Source: Scyliorhinus canicula
Taxonomy: Eukaryota
Direction: 5' to 3'
Assembly (NCBI RefSeq): GCF_902713615.1
Contig: NC_052154.1
Coordinates: forward strand, 189,199,353 to 189,263,352
DNA: 64,000 nucleotides
The notes beneath the pieces are model-generated. The model was not told the origin of the DNA, made no database searches, and saw only the letters and a list, made by a program, of their open reading frames with translations. Of the stretch, positions 1 to 13,900 are shown piece after piece. The translations under genes and the position numbers were made by a program. Each line of letters begins with the position of its first letter. Within the stretch, counting starts at the first letter, position 1.

Positions 1-736
1 CTACACTTCTAAAGGCAAGGGATTTGAGTGAGGTAGACAGCAGAATCCACAGTGGAGAATATCAAAGAGACTGATCAATATAACTGCGAGCACCCTCATT
101 GGGGAAGAAGGTTAGTTCGCCATCCGACAGTCAGACAGGCCAGCTCCATCTATGATCTGAGCCACGGACGCCAGTTCCATTTGACATTTAGAACCACAGC
201 AGATTGTAGATATTCTCCTCTAAACTACAGTTTTGTGCCCTCGATGAACCAGGAAGAGACGTTTTCCTAGACTTGATCACCTAAGCAGTATTGTGTGGTA
301 ACTGTTGACGGATTTGACCTACAGAGTTACTAAAATTAGGTGTTGTTTGGGAAAAGTGGTATCTCAGTGAGTTCAGGGAATGTGGGTATATTTTGGGAAC
401 ATGAGGTAACTTCAGATAAAACGGAGTGTTTAGTTATTCATATACTTCAGTGTCATAGTGTTTATTAGTCTTTTGTTGCGTCTTTATTCTTTTATTAATA
501 TTAATATTCTTTATTAATTGTTGTATATGGTTCCTCACATTATTCCAAACAGAAAACACCACTAAGAACTAATGTTTCACGTTATACATGGGGGCTTTGA
601 AAGACTCTCACAGATAACACTTCACCCCCAATGAAAGCCACTGGAAGGCCATCTCAATGTATCTGGTAGACATACCACATGACCCGACCATTCTGATGCC
701 AATAAGATCACACTGGGGTCATAAAATGGCCATCAT

Positions 737-2341
737 ACCCTCTATTACAGCCTCAGAGTTAAGAGCTTCCTTCTTGAAAGTAAAGTGGAAAACGATGGGT
801 CCCGACAGAGTCCCTGAACGAGCACTCAGAGCCTGCGCTGACCAGCTGGCAGATATCTTCAACACCTCACTTCTCCGCTCCAAGGTCCCTACCTGCTTCA
901 AGAAGGCCACCATGACACCAGTACCAAAGAAGAATAAGGTAGCCTGCCTCAACGACTACCGACCGGTGGCCCTGATGTCTGTTATCATGAAATGCTTCGA
1001 GTGGCTAGTCATGAGACGGATCAACGCCAGCCTCACAGATAATCTCGATCCATTGTAGTTTGCCTACCTTGGCAACCGATCCACAGCAGACGCTACCTCT
1101 CTGGCCCGACAATAAATTCTTGAACATCTCGACAACAGGGACACCTATGTCAGACTGCTGTTCATAGACTACAGCTCCGCCTTCAACACCATTATCCCAA
1201 CAAGACTAATAACCAAACTCTGCAACCTTGGACTTAACCACTCCTTATGCAGCTGAACCCTTGACTTCCTCACCAACAGACTGCCATTCATCAGGATAGG
1301 TAACAACACCTCTTCCATAATAGTTCTCAGCACCGCGGCCCCGCAAGGATGTGTGCCCAGTCCTCTACTGTATTCCATATACACACATGACTGTGTGGTG
1401 AGATTTAACTCCAATTCAATCTATAAGTTTGAGGATGATATGACTGTGGTGGGCCGTATCTCAAACAACATTGAGTTAGACTACAGAAGGGAGATAAATC
1501 ACTTGGTTGTATGGTTGCAACCTCTCCCTAAATGTTGGAAAGACCAAGGAACTGATCATCGACTTCAGGAAGCGTAGCACGACACACACCCCCATCTACA
1601 TCAATTGCTCCGAGGTAGAGATGGTCGATAGCTTTAAGTTCCTAGGAGTCACCATCACCAACAGCCTGTCCTGGTCCACTCACGTTGATGCAACAGTCAA
1701 GAAAACCCAACAACATCTCTACTTCCTACGGAAGCTAAAGAAATTTTTCATGTCTGCATCGACTCTCACAAACTTCTACAGATGTGCCATAGAGAGCATC
1801 CTGTCCGGTTGCATCACAGCCTGGTATGGCAACTGCTCGGCCCAAGATTATCAGAAACTGCAGAGTCTGGTGAGCTCAGCCTAACGCATCACACAAGCTT
1901 GCCATCATCCCATTGATTCTGTACACACATTCCACTGCCTCAAAAAGGCTCACAGCATTGTCAGAGACCCTTCACACCCAGGCTTTGTCCTCTTCCAGAC
2001 CCTTCCATCAGGCAGAAGGTACAGAAGTCTGAAGATCCACACATCCAGGCATAGGAACAGCTTCTTCCCCACAGCTACAAGACTCCTCAACGACTCTCCC
2101 TTTGACTGATCTCTTCCCTGTAAGAACACTATTCAAGACATCTTATGCCTCTCCTGTTTGGCCTTGTTCCGCACTGTAACCAATCGCTATTTGTTGATGT
2201 ACCATTTGTCAATGTATTCTGTCGATTAGTCTTTTGTCTACTATGTACGTACTGTGCACGTTCCCTTGGCCACAGAAAAATACTTTTCACTGTACTTCGA
2301 TACATGTGACAATAAATAAAATCAATCAACCAATTAATCAT
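737..2341 (+). mobile_element. Rex1/Babar-type LINE, 5'-truncated, decayed RT
   Basis: ORF fragments GPDRVPERALRACADQLADIFN...NDYRPVAL, KFEDD and FKFLGVTI...GCITAWYGNC, with stops and frameshifts, and an (ATCA)-like tail. Confidence 0.85.
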
Positions 2342-2519
2342 TAGGCCTCATGCTTCCAATCTATGGGTAGCCAAGCTGCTACCTTTTCCACTTTAGCAGC
2401 GGAATATGTCGGGCTTCCCACCTGATGCCTTCTGCCACAATGTTACCATCCCTCCCATCTTCCGGTCCCTCTCCAAAGGGCTAGTAAAATTCAGCCCCTG
2501 AACTCCAAACTCTCTATGG

Positions 2520-3830
2520 TTCTAGATTTTCATCATTTTGAAAGTACGTCGTTCTACCCATTTTATGTCCAAATTGGATGACCTTACTTTTGCCTACATT
2601 GAAGATGACTTTCTATATTTTAATATCACTTAATCCACAAGTATCTGTTTGTAATTTTGATGCCCCCATCTAAACGATGTACAATGCCACCTATAATTGT
2701 GCCATCAGCAAACTTGGCTATGTGGCTTTCAATTCCATACCTATGTTGTTAGTAAATAGTGAATAGTTGAAACCCTAACATAGACCCTTGCAGGACACGA
2801 CTAGTCACTTCCTGCCCACCTGCGTACTTGTCTATTATTGCTGCTCTCTAACTCCTTCCACTCACTGAAAGAATTTCCTAACTAGGTTACTAATTTGCCT
2901 TCAATTCCACAAACTTAAACGTTAGCTGACAATCTCTGACGGGGTCCTTTATCAAATGCATTCTGGAAGTCCATCTTAACAATATCCACAGGCGTTCCTG
3001 TGTCCACTACTTTACTCATCTCTTCAAAAACCTCCACTCAGCTTTGCCAGGCAGGACATGCCCTGTGTTGAAGCCAGGCAGCCACTATTCACGTTTTGCA
3101 GGTCTGACAACAACCCTTTACAAATCTATGCGGGCTCTCACTGATCAGCTGACAATTTTCAATGTGTTTCAAAGCGTTCATTCACACTATCCTTAATTAT
3201 AGACTCCAGCAATTGCCAAACAGCAGCTGTCAGACTGACTGGTCTATCATTTCCTGGTTTTCCCATTCACGTTTCTTGAATAATGAAGTGACATGTGCAG
3301 TTTTCCTGAATCAAGAGAACTTTGGTAATTTATAGTTAGGGCATCTGCAATGCTCTCACTTACATCCTTTACACCCTGGTAGTGCAATCCATTTGACCAC
3401 AGGATCAGATGTAGGTCATTTAACCCCTGGCATCTGTTCTGCTACTCATTCAGAACATGACTGACCTGCTCCTGGTCTTCAATGCCATCGCTTCCTTCAC
3501 TATTGTGATTTTGCGTACATTAATTTTGTTGAGTTCCTGATTCAATACTGGTTTCATTGAGATGTCCATTATGTTATCCCCTTCCTCTGACACAGGTTTA
3601 ACTGTCTGCCATTTCCTTATTTTGATTTATATCACCATGATCAGTTTCCAAAGGGCTGAGATTGCTCGTGCCGATACAGCTTTTCCAAATGTTAAAAAAG
3701 GTTCAAAGAAATTGTGTAGGCTTTGCAAGTTTCCAGGATGTATGCTGTTTTTTTGTTGTTGTATTTTTGGACCTTTTAGTTTAATTTTGTCCATGGCATT
3801 TTCTTTTGACAAGCAGAGTTTTTAACCCTT
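2520..3830 (-). mobile_element. Old, heavily decayed CR1-type LINE fragment
   Basis: Minus strand retains RT-like remnants (AKFADG, DIVKMDFQNAFDK) similar to other CR1 copies in the window. Confidence 0.55.
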
Positions 3831-3903
3831 CAGGGAATGAATTGTTTCTGTATCACTCAGATTAATTTTTCAATGCTGCCTCGTGATTTCCTGTAATATT
3901 ACT

Positions 3904-4087
3904 GGGGCTGTTTAGCTCACAGGGCTAATCGCTGGCTTTGAAAGCAGACCAAGGCAAGCCAGCAGCACGGTTCGATTCCCGTAACAGCTTCCCCGAACAG
4001 GCGCCGGAATGTGGCGACTAGGGGCTTTTCACAGTAACTTCATTTGAAGCCTACTCGTGACAATAAGCGATTTTCATTTCATTCATT
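3904..4087 (+). mobile_element. Short tRNA-derived SINE (family B) with (CATTT)n tail
   Basis: GGGGCTGTTTAGCTCAC head and GGTTCGATTCCC B-box. Near-identical copies at 16365-16542 and 57745-57897. Confidence 0.8.
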
Positions 4088-4969
4088 ACTTATTAACAGA
4101 TTTGCATAGTATGTACAGTCTCTATTTCATCACAGTGAAGTCAACTTAGAAAATCTAGAATCTTAATTTCTTATTTTGCGTTTCTCTCTTATAAACACTG
4201 AGTTGAGCTGGATTACAGTGGTAATTACTATTAGATAAATGTTCATGCACCATTCGGTTATTAACTAAATCTAGATCATTACTCATTGTTAAATCTAATG
4301 TGACACTGATCCTTGCTGATTCTAGGACATATTGGCCCAGATCTTCCGCTCAGGACTGTAAATCCACGTACCAACCCTGATCGGTCAATAAAAAAGCAAT
4401 ATTTTTGGCTAATCTCCCAAGTGAGGATCCTACAGGACCAGCTCATTGTAGCAAACCTCAGATAGAGGATTGCAGAGAATAAGCTCAGAAGTCACACATG
4501 TTTGTATAAAGACACCAGCTGCCGTAATCTAATAAACAGAGACTTAAAATGGTGCAAAGCTTCTTTGGAAACCATTGGAAGTTTAAACGTCCCGGGCAAT
4601 TCCCGCGGAATGCATGCTTTGAAACTTCCAAGGGGTCCCTTAGCGCATCTTCCGAGGTACATCTGCGCCTGATTTCTTTGAACGTTCAATTGCGTTCCCC
4701 CCAACTATGGATTTCTCGGAAGTGTGGGGGTAGCTTGAATGGGAATTTCCCTTGACAGCGGCGGGAGCAGAGAGTCCTGCGCCAACGAATGGCACGCCGT
4801 CTCCCTTCGCTAAGAAACACATGGCTGGGAGGCCAGAGAAACCTGCCCAGGGTCCTGACTATCCAGTGACCAGAGGATCAAGCCCAATATCGCAACAAAA
4901 CAATTCTAAACACATTCAATAAATTTACTGCCTGTCTCATGAGGTAGGTTTCTTATCACAATCTATATG

Positions 4970-5316
4970 GGGGTGGCAGGGTAGCACAGTGGTTAGCACT
5001 GTTGCTTAACAGTGCCAGGAACCTGGGTTGAAACCGGCTTGGGTCACTGTCTGTGTGGAGTCTGCACGTTCTCCCCCTATGTGCGTGGGTTTCCTCCGGG
5101 TGCTCTGGTTTCCTCCCACAGTCCAAAGATGTGCAGTTCAAGTGGACTGGCTGTGCTAAATTGCATATAGTGTCCAAAAAAAAGTTTAGTTGGGGTTTTT
5201 GGGTTACGGGGATAGGGTGGAGGTGTGGGCTTGGGTAGGGTGCTCTTTCCAAGGGTCAGTGCAGACTCGATGGGCCGAATAGCCTCCTTCTGCACTGTAA
5301 ATTCTATGATTCTATG
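4970..5316 (+). mobile_element. HE1/V-SINE-type tRNA-derived SINE with CR1-type tail
   Basis: GTAGCACAGTGGTTAGCAC A-box head, GGGTTTCCTCCGGGTGCTCTGGTTTCCTCCCAC core, and ...GGCCGAATAGCCTCCTTCTGCACTGTAAATTCTATG tail. Confidence 0.85.
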
Positions 5317-5359
5317 ATATACAAGTTAAAATTGTAAATGGTTAGTTGATTATCCAGTT

Positions 5360-5579
5360 AATAATAATAAAAATAATAACCTTTTATTGTCAAAAGTATG
5401 AAGTTACTGTGAAAAGCCCCTAGTTGCCACATTGTGGCGCCTGTTCGGGTAATGTACCAGCCTCCCCGGACAGGCACCGGAATGTGGCGACTAGGGGCAT
5501 TTCACAGTAACTTCATTGAAGCCTCCTTGTGACAATAAGCGATTTTCATTTCATTTCATTCATTTCATTTCATTTCATT
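5360..5579. repeat. Inverted pair of SINE tail fragments plus (CATTT)n
   Basis: About 5380-5450 is the reverse complement of about 5465-5540. Confidence 0.7.
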
Positions 5580-5714
5580 GATGCATAGGTAATGGACATT
5601 GTTTGTTCAAGGACTGAGAGCACTAATAAAGAGGGATGTGATTCTCTGATTTATTCAAAAGTAGGAATAAAGAGGAGGGCCTGAACACAAAGTTCATAGG
5701 AGGCAGAAATCTCC

Positions 5715-6035
5715 ATGGAATCTATAGAATGCCTCCAATGATGAAGGAGGCCATTCGGGACATCGAGTCTGGACTGACCCACCAAAAGAGCACTTGACCT
5801 ATCCCACGCCCCTGCCCTATCCCCATAACCCCGCGCACTGATCACGGTCAATCCACCTAACTTACGCATCTCTGGACTGTGGGAGGAAACCGGAGCACCC
5901 AGAGGAAACCCACACAGACACGGGGAGAAAGTGCAAACTCCACCCAAGGCCAGAATGGAACCCAAGGCCAGAATGGAACCCGGGTGCCTGGCGCTGTGAG
6001 GCAGCAGTGTTAACTATTGTGCTACCGTGTTGCCC
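5715..6035 (-). mobile_element. HE1/V-SINE-type SINE
   Basis: Reverse complement of the same core, with an 18-bp tandem duplication (ACCCAAGGCCAGAATGGA x2). Confidence 0.8.
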
Positions 6036-6227
6036 TGTAATGTCTCCTGCAAATAAACCTATTATCAATAAAAACATCTGTGTCTCTTCTTGTGCTTTTC
6101 CACCTGTCTTGGGTCTGCAAAGGATAGTTACCGAAAGGTGAATATCAGAAACTAAATCATTTTTTTTTCCAACAGTAGATTGTGATCAGAATTACTTTTG
6201 AGAAGAATGGCAGAACCCAAGTGTAAA

Positions 6228-7400
6228 ATGTCAGGTTACGGTTACCCACCACTGATCCATGATTCAGAACCTTATATCCCACCACCCCCCAGTGGAAACA
6301 TTGAGTGAATATGTGGACTCAGATCACAGCTTTACCAAAAGAAAAACAAGATATGGCCTTGGGATTGACATTTCCTGACAAATGCAGAATCTGCAGCAAA
6401 TTCATTCTAAAAACTAGCTGCTCGCCAATTGGATACTGATGAAGATTGGGTATTTTATTAAATTTCGAGGACAAAATTTATAAGAAAGGTGGTGTAAATG
6501 CCGATGAGGCATCGTGAAACTTTGCTAGAACTAGACAGGTGGATGGGTATTTCACAGAGGAATATATCATGGGATTAAACAGACGAGATACGTAGCTGCA
6601 GTAATTCCATTTCCTGGCTCAGAACTTGCTTTCAATGTGTTGGATTGTGTTTAAGTGTCACATATGGATTGTCTCCTGGCCTTAACTGGAGTTAAATTCT
6701 CAACATGAAACATGCTTTTGGATCAGATGACTCAGGCTTCAAAAGATATTCCCGGGAAGGTAGTCATTTTCAGGACCCTTGGTGGTACAAATGAGACGTT
6801 TCGGCAGCGTCGCAAAAGATGGAGGAGTCAATGCTCGTGACATTTCATGTCTTCGGCTATGGGGGTGAAGGAGTCAAAACAACAGAAGAATCACAGACAA
6901 AAGAAATGAGGCTGGAGGCCGTTATGACAGTTCTGACAGATGACAAGAATGGAGGAATAAAAACAGATGAATGAACACCCGGAATACAGGTGTTGTTAAC
7001 AGCTGTTTCAGATGTGATTTGAAATGTCATCATGCAGTAAATTGTTGAGATTAGGACAAGGGGGTTTCAAGGTGACTCACAGGGTTCAGAAGTGGAAGAT
7101 GATGATATTGATCAGTCTGAGCAAATTGTACTGGACACAAGAATCTTCAGTCTGGTAATGTGTACTGGTCACAGATTCATTTAATTGAGCAATATTGGCA
7201 GTGCAACATCCACAGTATGTGGAATGGATTGGTTTAAATGTGATTGTGATTCAGTCAATAATAAGGATTGAAGTAAGGTCAAGGAATAAGAAAGTTCTAC
7301 TTGGTTTAGGGATGACAACATTTTAAGGTTTGAAAAGAATGGAGATTCCATGCATAAATGTTGGGGTACGCTACTTTATTTGTAGCAAAGCAAACCATCA
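6228..7400 (+). mobile_element. Decayed Ty1/Copia-type LTR retrotransposon gag-protease remnant
   Basis: MSGYGYPPL...QWKH*VNMWTQITALPKEKQDMALGLTFP; CCHC knuckle CFRCDLKCHHAVNC at 7004-7045; protease-like SFN*AIL/TSTVCGMDWFKC near 7175-7240. Confidence 0.65.
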
Positions 7401-7869
7401 ATGAAACAAGACATACTTCCTTGTTGGCAGGTTTATTCCCTGGACCTCTGCCTCCTAATCCCAGTCATCCCTTTGTTTCAAGCGCTCTTTGTCCTTAATC
7501 AAACAATGCCCGCCACCTGTGTATTTTTCACAATATTAGAACCATTTATCATTTCTTTCACTAAATAACAATCTTTATACTATCTTTATGATGCATTTGA
7601 ATCATTTCAACGGAGTTGTAGAAAAAAATGGTTTTCCATATTTCTTACAACTCATCGTGTACAAGATGTCCCTCTTCTAGAACCTCCAGCAGTTTCTTGG
7701 AGCAGGCATTCCTTTTTGTAAAGCCATTTGGTTATTGGTGACTTGCGTCGACCCATTTTAATTTAGAGATCTCTTTTCTCTCCCACAAAAATCACCCATT
7801 AAAGCTGCCATCAACCTAACCTGAGTAGATGATCCATTTCGACCTTCTCTTGAGGTCCCTATATCGTTG

Positions 7870-8330
7870 ATGCCATTCTGCATGCAATTCAATTCCTTCC
7901 ATGTCAGATCAAGAAATAGCTGAAGGTACTGCGTACAGACAGGGTTATGGGCCCCGACAACATCCAGCTGTAGTGCTGAAGACCTGTGCTCATTCGCCCC
8001 TCAAACATTAACTCATTCCACCACAGGTGCACAGTGGCAGCAGTGCGTACTATATACAAGTTTGCATCATGAAGGCACCTTTGACAGCACCTTCCAAACC
8101 CTCGCTCTTGACTGTGAAAGAATCGGAGCAGCACCACTGGCAGGTTTCCCCCCAGGTCATACAGCATCCTGACTTGGAACCTCATCACCGTTCCTTCACT
8201 GTTGCTGGGTCACAATCCTGGAACACTCTCCCTAACAGCACATGGACTATAGTGCCTCAAGAAAGAAGCTCATCACCTTCTCAAGGGTAATTGGAGATGG
8301 GCAATAAATGTTGGCCTTGGATGCAGGAAT
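7870..8330 (+). mobile_element. Internally deleted CR1/L2-group LINE fragment
   Basis: ATGGGCCCCGACAACATCC RT segment joined to a 3' end (GGGCAATAAATG) shared with the 8465-10939 element. Confidence 0.65.
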
Positions 8331-8464
8331 GATTAAACATATATTTTAAAGGTGTAACATTGATGTCTACATATGTTGTCTGGGTTACTGTTCAACTAAT
8401 AACTGTCACAATAATTAATGACTAAACGTCAGAGTAATTGTTTCATAATAACAATTCCATTGTT

Positions 8465-10939
8465 TTTCATTTGTTTTTTTATTCTTTTACAGGATGTGGC
8501 CGTCGCTGGTTAGGCCAGCATTTATTGTCCAACCCTAGTTTCCCTTCAGAAGGTGGTGGTGAGGTGCCTTCTTGAACTGCTGCAGCCCTTGAGGTGTAGG
8601 TTCACCCACTGTGCTGTTAGGGAGGGAGTTCCAGGATTTTGTCCCAGCGACAGCGAAGGAATGGCGATATATTTCCCAGTCAGGGTGGTGAGTGACTTGG
8701 AGGGGAACCTCCAGGTGGTGGGGATCCCAGGTACCTGTTGCTCTTGTTCTTCTAGATTGTGGTGGTCATGGGTTTGGAAGGTACCGTCGAAGGAATGTTG
8801 ATGAGTTACTGCAGTGCATCTTGTAGATGGTACACACGGCTGCCACTGTTCATCGGTGGTGGAGGGTTTGAGGTTTTGTGGAGGGAGGAGCTATCAAGCG
8901 GGGCTGCTTTGTCCTGGATGATGTCGAGCTTCTTGGGTGTTGTTGGAGCTGCACTCATCCAGGCAAGTGGGGAGTATTCCATTACACTCCTGGCTTGTGC
9001 CTTTTGGTTAATTGACAGGCTTTAGGGAGGTCAGGAGGTGAGCTACTCACCGTAGGATTCCTAGACTTTGACCTGGTAGCCACAGTATTAATATGGCTAG
9101 TCCAGTTCAGTTTCTGATCAATGGTAACCCTCAGGATGTGATTGTGGGGGATTCAGCGATGTAATGCCATTGAATGTCAAGAGGCAATGGTTATATCCTC
9201 TATTGAAGGGGATGGTCATTACCTGGCACTTGTGTGGCATGAATGTAACCTGTCAGCCTAAGCCTGGATATTTTCCAGGTCTTGTTGCATTTGGACATGG
9301 ACTGCTTCATTATCTGAGGAGTCGCGAATAGTGCTGAACATTGTGCAGTCATCCGCAAACATCCCCACTTCTGACCTTATGGTGGAAGGCAGGCCATTGA
9401 TTAAGCAACTGAAGATGGTTGGGCTGAGGACAGACACTACCCTGAGGAATTCCTTCAGTGATGTTCTAGATCTGAGATGATTGACCTCCAACCACCACAA
9501 CCTTCTTCCTTTGTGCCAAGTATGACTCCAACCAGCGGAGTTTCCCTCCTAATTCCTATTGACTCCAGTTTAGCTGGGGCTCCTTGATGCCACACTTGTT
9601 CAAATGCTGTCTTCATGACAAGGCCGTCGCTCTCCCCTCACCCCTGGCAGTCAGCACTTTTGTCCATGTTTGAACCACGGCTGTAATGAGGTCAGGAGCT
9701 GAGTCACCCTGGCGGAACCCAAACTGAGCGCCCGTGACCAGGTTATTGCTGAGTAAGTGCCGCGTGATAGCACTGTTGATGATTCCTTCCATCAATTTTC
9801 TGATGATAGACAGTAGACTGATAGGGCAGTAATTGGCTGGATTGCATTTGTCCTGTTTCTTGTGTGTAGGACACATCTGGGCAATTTTCCACATTGTCGG
9901 GTAGATACCAGTGTTGTAGCTGTACTGGAACATCTTGGCTAGGGGTGCGGCAAGTTCTGGAGCACAAGTCTTCAGTACTATTGCCGGAATATTATCAGGG
10001 CCCATAGCCTTTGCAGTGTCCAGTGCCTTCAGCCGTTTATTGATATCACCTGGAGTGAATCGAATTGGCTGAAGTCTGACGTCTGCAATGCTGGGGATCT
10101 CCAGAGGAGACCGAGATGGATCATCCACTTGGCACTTCTGGCTGAAGATTGTTGCGATTGCCTCAGCCTTGTCTTTTGCACACATGTGCTGGGCTCCTCC
10201 ATCATTGAGGATGGGGATACTTGCAGAGCCTCCTCCTCCAGTGAGTTGTTTAATTGTCCACCACCATTCACGGCTGGATGTAGCAGGACTGCAGAGTTTA
10301 GGTCTGATGTGTTGGTTGTGGAATCGCTTAGCTCTGTCTATTCCTTGCTGTATGTGCTGTTGCAACACAAGTAGTCCTGTGTTGTAGGTTCACCAGGTTG
10401 ACACCTCACTTTAAGGTATGCCTGATGTTGCCCCTGGGATGCTCTCCTGCACTCTTCATTGAACCACGGTTAATCCCCTGGCTTGGTGGTAATGGGAGAG
10501 TGGGGGATATGCCGGGCCATGAGGTTGCAGATTGTGGTTGAATACAATTCTGCTGCTGCTGATGGCTCACAGCGCCTCATGGATGCCCAGTCTTGAGTTG
10601 CTAGATCTGTTTGAAGTCTATCCCATTTAGCACAGTGGTAGTGCCACACAACACGATGGAGGGTATCCTCAATGTGAAGACAGGACTTTGTCTCCACAAG
10701 GACAGTGCGGTGGTCACTTCCACCGATACTGTCATGGACAGGCAGATTGCTGAGGATAAGGTGTATTGTTTTTCCCTCTTTTTGGTTCCCTCACCACCTG
10801 CTGCAGTCCCAGTTTAGCAGCTATGTCCTTTAGGACCCGGCCAGCTCAGTCGGTATTGGTACTACCAAGCCACATATTCTGCACCCTTGCCACCCTCAGT
10901 GCTTCCTCCAAGTGGAGTTCAACATGGAGGAGTACTGAC
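8465..10939 (-). mobile_element. CR1/L2-group LINE, decayed ORF2
   Basis: ORFs with KAMGPDNIP...ANYCPISLLS...QFGFRQG and MFADDCT RT motifs. The 3' end with A-rich tail is near 8465. Confidence 0.85.
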
Positions 10940-13900
10940 AGTTCCGGTTGCGGTGATGTGGAGCTAAGCCGCACGTTCGGTAGCTCCCGCTATTTTTGGT
11001 CTTTCGGGCCCTTTTAAAGGCCCGCAGCGGTGCTGGTTGAACTTTTCCCCGGGTGGGAACACATCCACTGTGCTTATCTGCCGGTGGATGGACTGGACCA
11101 GGAGCGGAGCGGTAAAAAAAGCGGCTTTGGAGCAGAGAAAGGTGCGAGGCAGGAAAAACAAGATGGCGGCGGGCGGGGAACTAGCAGCGTGGCAGCAGTG
11201 GGCGCAGGAGCAGCAGGAGCTGCTCCATCGCTGCTTCAGAGAGCTGAAGGCTGAGATCCTGGAACCATTTAAGGCCTCGCTGGACAAGCTCATGGCGACT
11301 CAGACGGCTCAGGGTGCAGAGATCCGAGAGCTACAGCAAAAGGCCTCGGAGAGCGAGAACGAGCTCCTGGGCCTGGCGGTGAAGGTGGAGTCGCATGAGG
11401 CTCTTCACAAGAAATGGCTGGCAAGGATGGAGGAGATGGAGAACCGCTCCTGTCGGAAGAACCTGCGGATTCTGGGCCTCCCGGAGGGGCTGGAAGGTTC
11501 GGATTTGGGGGCCTACGTGGCTGTGATGCTGAACTCGTTAATGGGCGCGGGGTCGTTTCAAGGACCCTTGGAGCTGGAGGGGGCCCATTTAGTGCTGTTG
11601 AGGAAGCCCAGGCCGAACGATCCGCCTAGGGCGGTGCTGGTCCGTTTTCACCACTTCGTTGACCGTGAGTGTGTGCTGAGATGGGTGAAGAAGGAAAGGA
11701 GCAGCAAGTGGGAGAATGCAGAGATCAGGATCTATCAGGACTGGAGCTCGGAGGTGGTGAAGAGAAGGGCTGGTTTCAATCGGGCGAAGGGAGTGCTTTG
11801 AAGGAAGGGGGTGAAGTTTGGCCTGCTACAGCCGGCTCGCCTCTAGGTCACTTACAAGGACCGCCAGCTCTAGTTTGATTCTCCGGAGGAGGCCTGGACC
11901 TTTGTCCAGGCAGAGAAGTTGGACTCGAACTGAGGACTGGGGAATGATGTACATAGTCCGGAGGCTCTGTCCTCCTTGGTATCCTTTCGTTTTTATTGGC
12001 TGTGTTTGATGTTGCCTTTTTGCTGTTCTGCTTTTTCGCTTTTTGGGGCTGTCATTTATTTATTGGGGTGCTTTTTTGTTTTTTCACTGGTGGAGGGTTG
12101 GGGAGCTGTTCGCGGTCCTGCTGGGTCAGGTGCCCGTCTTTTCCCCGGGTTTTGGGTCAGGGGGGCGGGGTTTGCTATGGAAGTGCGGGCTTTCTTCCCG
12201 CGCTGGAGTAGCAGGGGGCGGGGCCACCACTGGGAGGGGGGATGGTGGTTGTGTTGCATCGGGGGGGGTCGTCGGGATGGCAGGAGCAGCCGGGGTCAGC
12301 AGGAGTCAGCTGACTTACGGAAGTAAATGGTTGGGGTTATGCAGCTAGCGGGGGCCCTAGCTTGGGGGGGGGGGGGTGGGGGGGGGGGGGGAGTAGTGGG
12401 GGGGTACCGGGTTGCTGCTGCAGGGACCGTAGGGGAACGGCTTGTGAAGGGGAAGGCTGGGGGGGAGGTCTGCCACCGTGGGGAACGGGCCTGGGGGGTT
12501 CTCTGGGCACGTGGTGAGCCGAGGGAGAGCTATGGCTGACCGCCGCAGAGGGAGGGGGAAGACCCCCCAGATTCAGCTGGTCACATGGAGCGTGAGGGGG
12601 CTGAATGGACCGGTGAAGCGGTCCCAGGTCTTGGCACACCTGAAGGGGCTGGGAGCGGACGTGGCTATGCTCCAGGAGACGTACCTTAAGGGGGCGGATC
12701 AGGTGAGGATGAGAAGAGGCTGGGTGGGCCAGGTGTTTCACTCGGGGCTTGATGCGAGGAATCGAGGGGTGGCGATCTTAATTGGCAAGAGCTTGTCGTT
12801 TGTTGCATCGAGTGTGGTGGCGGACAGTGCAGGTAGATACGTAATGGTGAGTGGTAGACTTCAGGGGGAGCGGGTGGTACTGGTCAATGTGTACGCCCCC
12901 AACTGGCACAATGCGGGCTTCATGCGGCGAATGTTGAGCCGGATCCCGGACCTGGAGATGGGGGGTTTGATCTTGGGAGGGGACTTTAATACTGTGTTGG
13001 ACCCGGCTCTGGATCTTTCGAAGTCGAGGACGGGTAAGAGGCCGGCGGCGGCCTCGGTGCTGAGGGGGTTCATGGATCAGATGGGAGGTTTTTGAAGCTG
13101 GGGGGGTAGGGAGTTCTCCTTTTTCTCCCATGTCCAAAAGGCGTATTCCCGGATCTACTTTTTTGTTCTCAGCAGGGCGCTAATCCCGAGAGTGGTGGGG
13201 GCGGAGTATTCGGCGATAGCCATATCTGACCATGCTCCGCATTGGGTGGACCTGGAGCTGGGGGAGGGGAAGGATCAGCGCCCGCTGTGGAGGTTAGATG
13301 TGGGGCTGCTGGCAGAGGAGGAAGTGTGTGGGTGGGTCCGTAGGGATATAGAGGGGTATCTGGAAGCCAACGATAACGGGGAGGTGCAAGTTGGGGTGGT
13401 TTGGGAAGCATTGAAGGCAGTGGTTAGAGGGGAGCTGATATCCATTCGGGTGCATAGGGAGAGAGGGGAGAGGGTTGAGAGGGAGAGACTGGTGGAAGAA
13501 ATGATAAGGGTGGACAGGAGGTATGCGGATGTCCTGGAGGAGGGGCTATTGAGGAAGCGCCGCAGTCTCCAAGCGGAGTTTGATATACTGACCACCCGGA
13601 AGGCGGAGGTGCAGTGGAGGAGGGCACAGGGGGCGGTATATGAGGATGGGGAGAAGGCAAGTCGGATGCTGGCCCACCAGCTCCGGAAGCGGGAGGCAGC
13701 GAGAGAGATGGGGGAGTCACAGATGCAGGAGGGAACTTGGTGCGGGGTGGCAGGGACATTAATGGGGTGTTCAGATCCTTTTACGAGGGGCTGTACCGGG
13801 CAGTGCCCCCTAGGGAAGTGGGCAGGATGGACCGCTTTCTGGATAGGCTAGAGTTCCCAAGAGTAGAGGATGAGCGGGTGGAAGGTCTGGGGGCCCCAAT

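Noticed and set aside
3904-3985. tRNA gene
   Set aside because: A/B boxes are present but there is no complete cloverleaf, and it runs into a SINE body and tail. The same applies to the other SINE heads.
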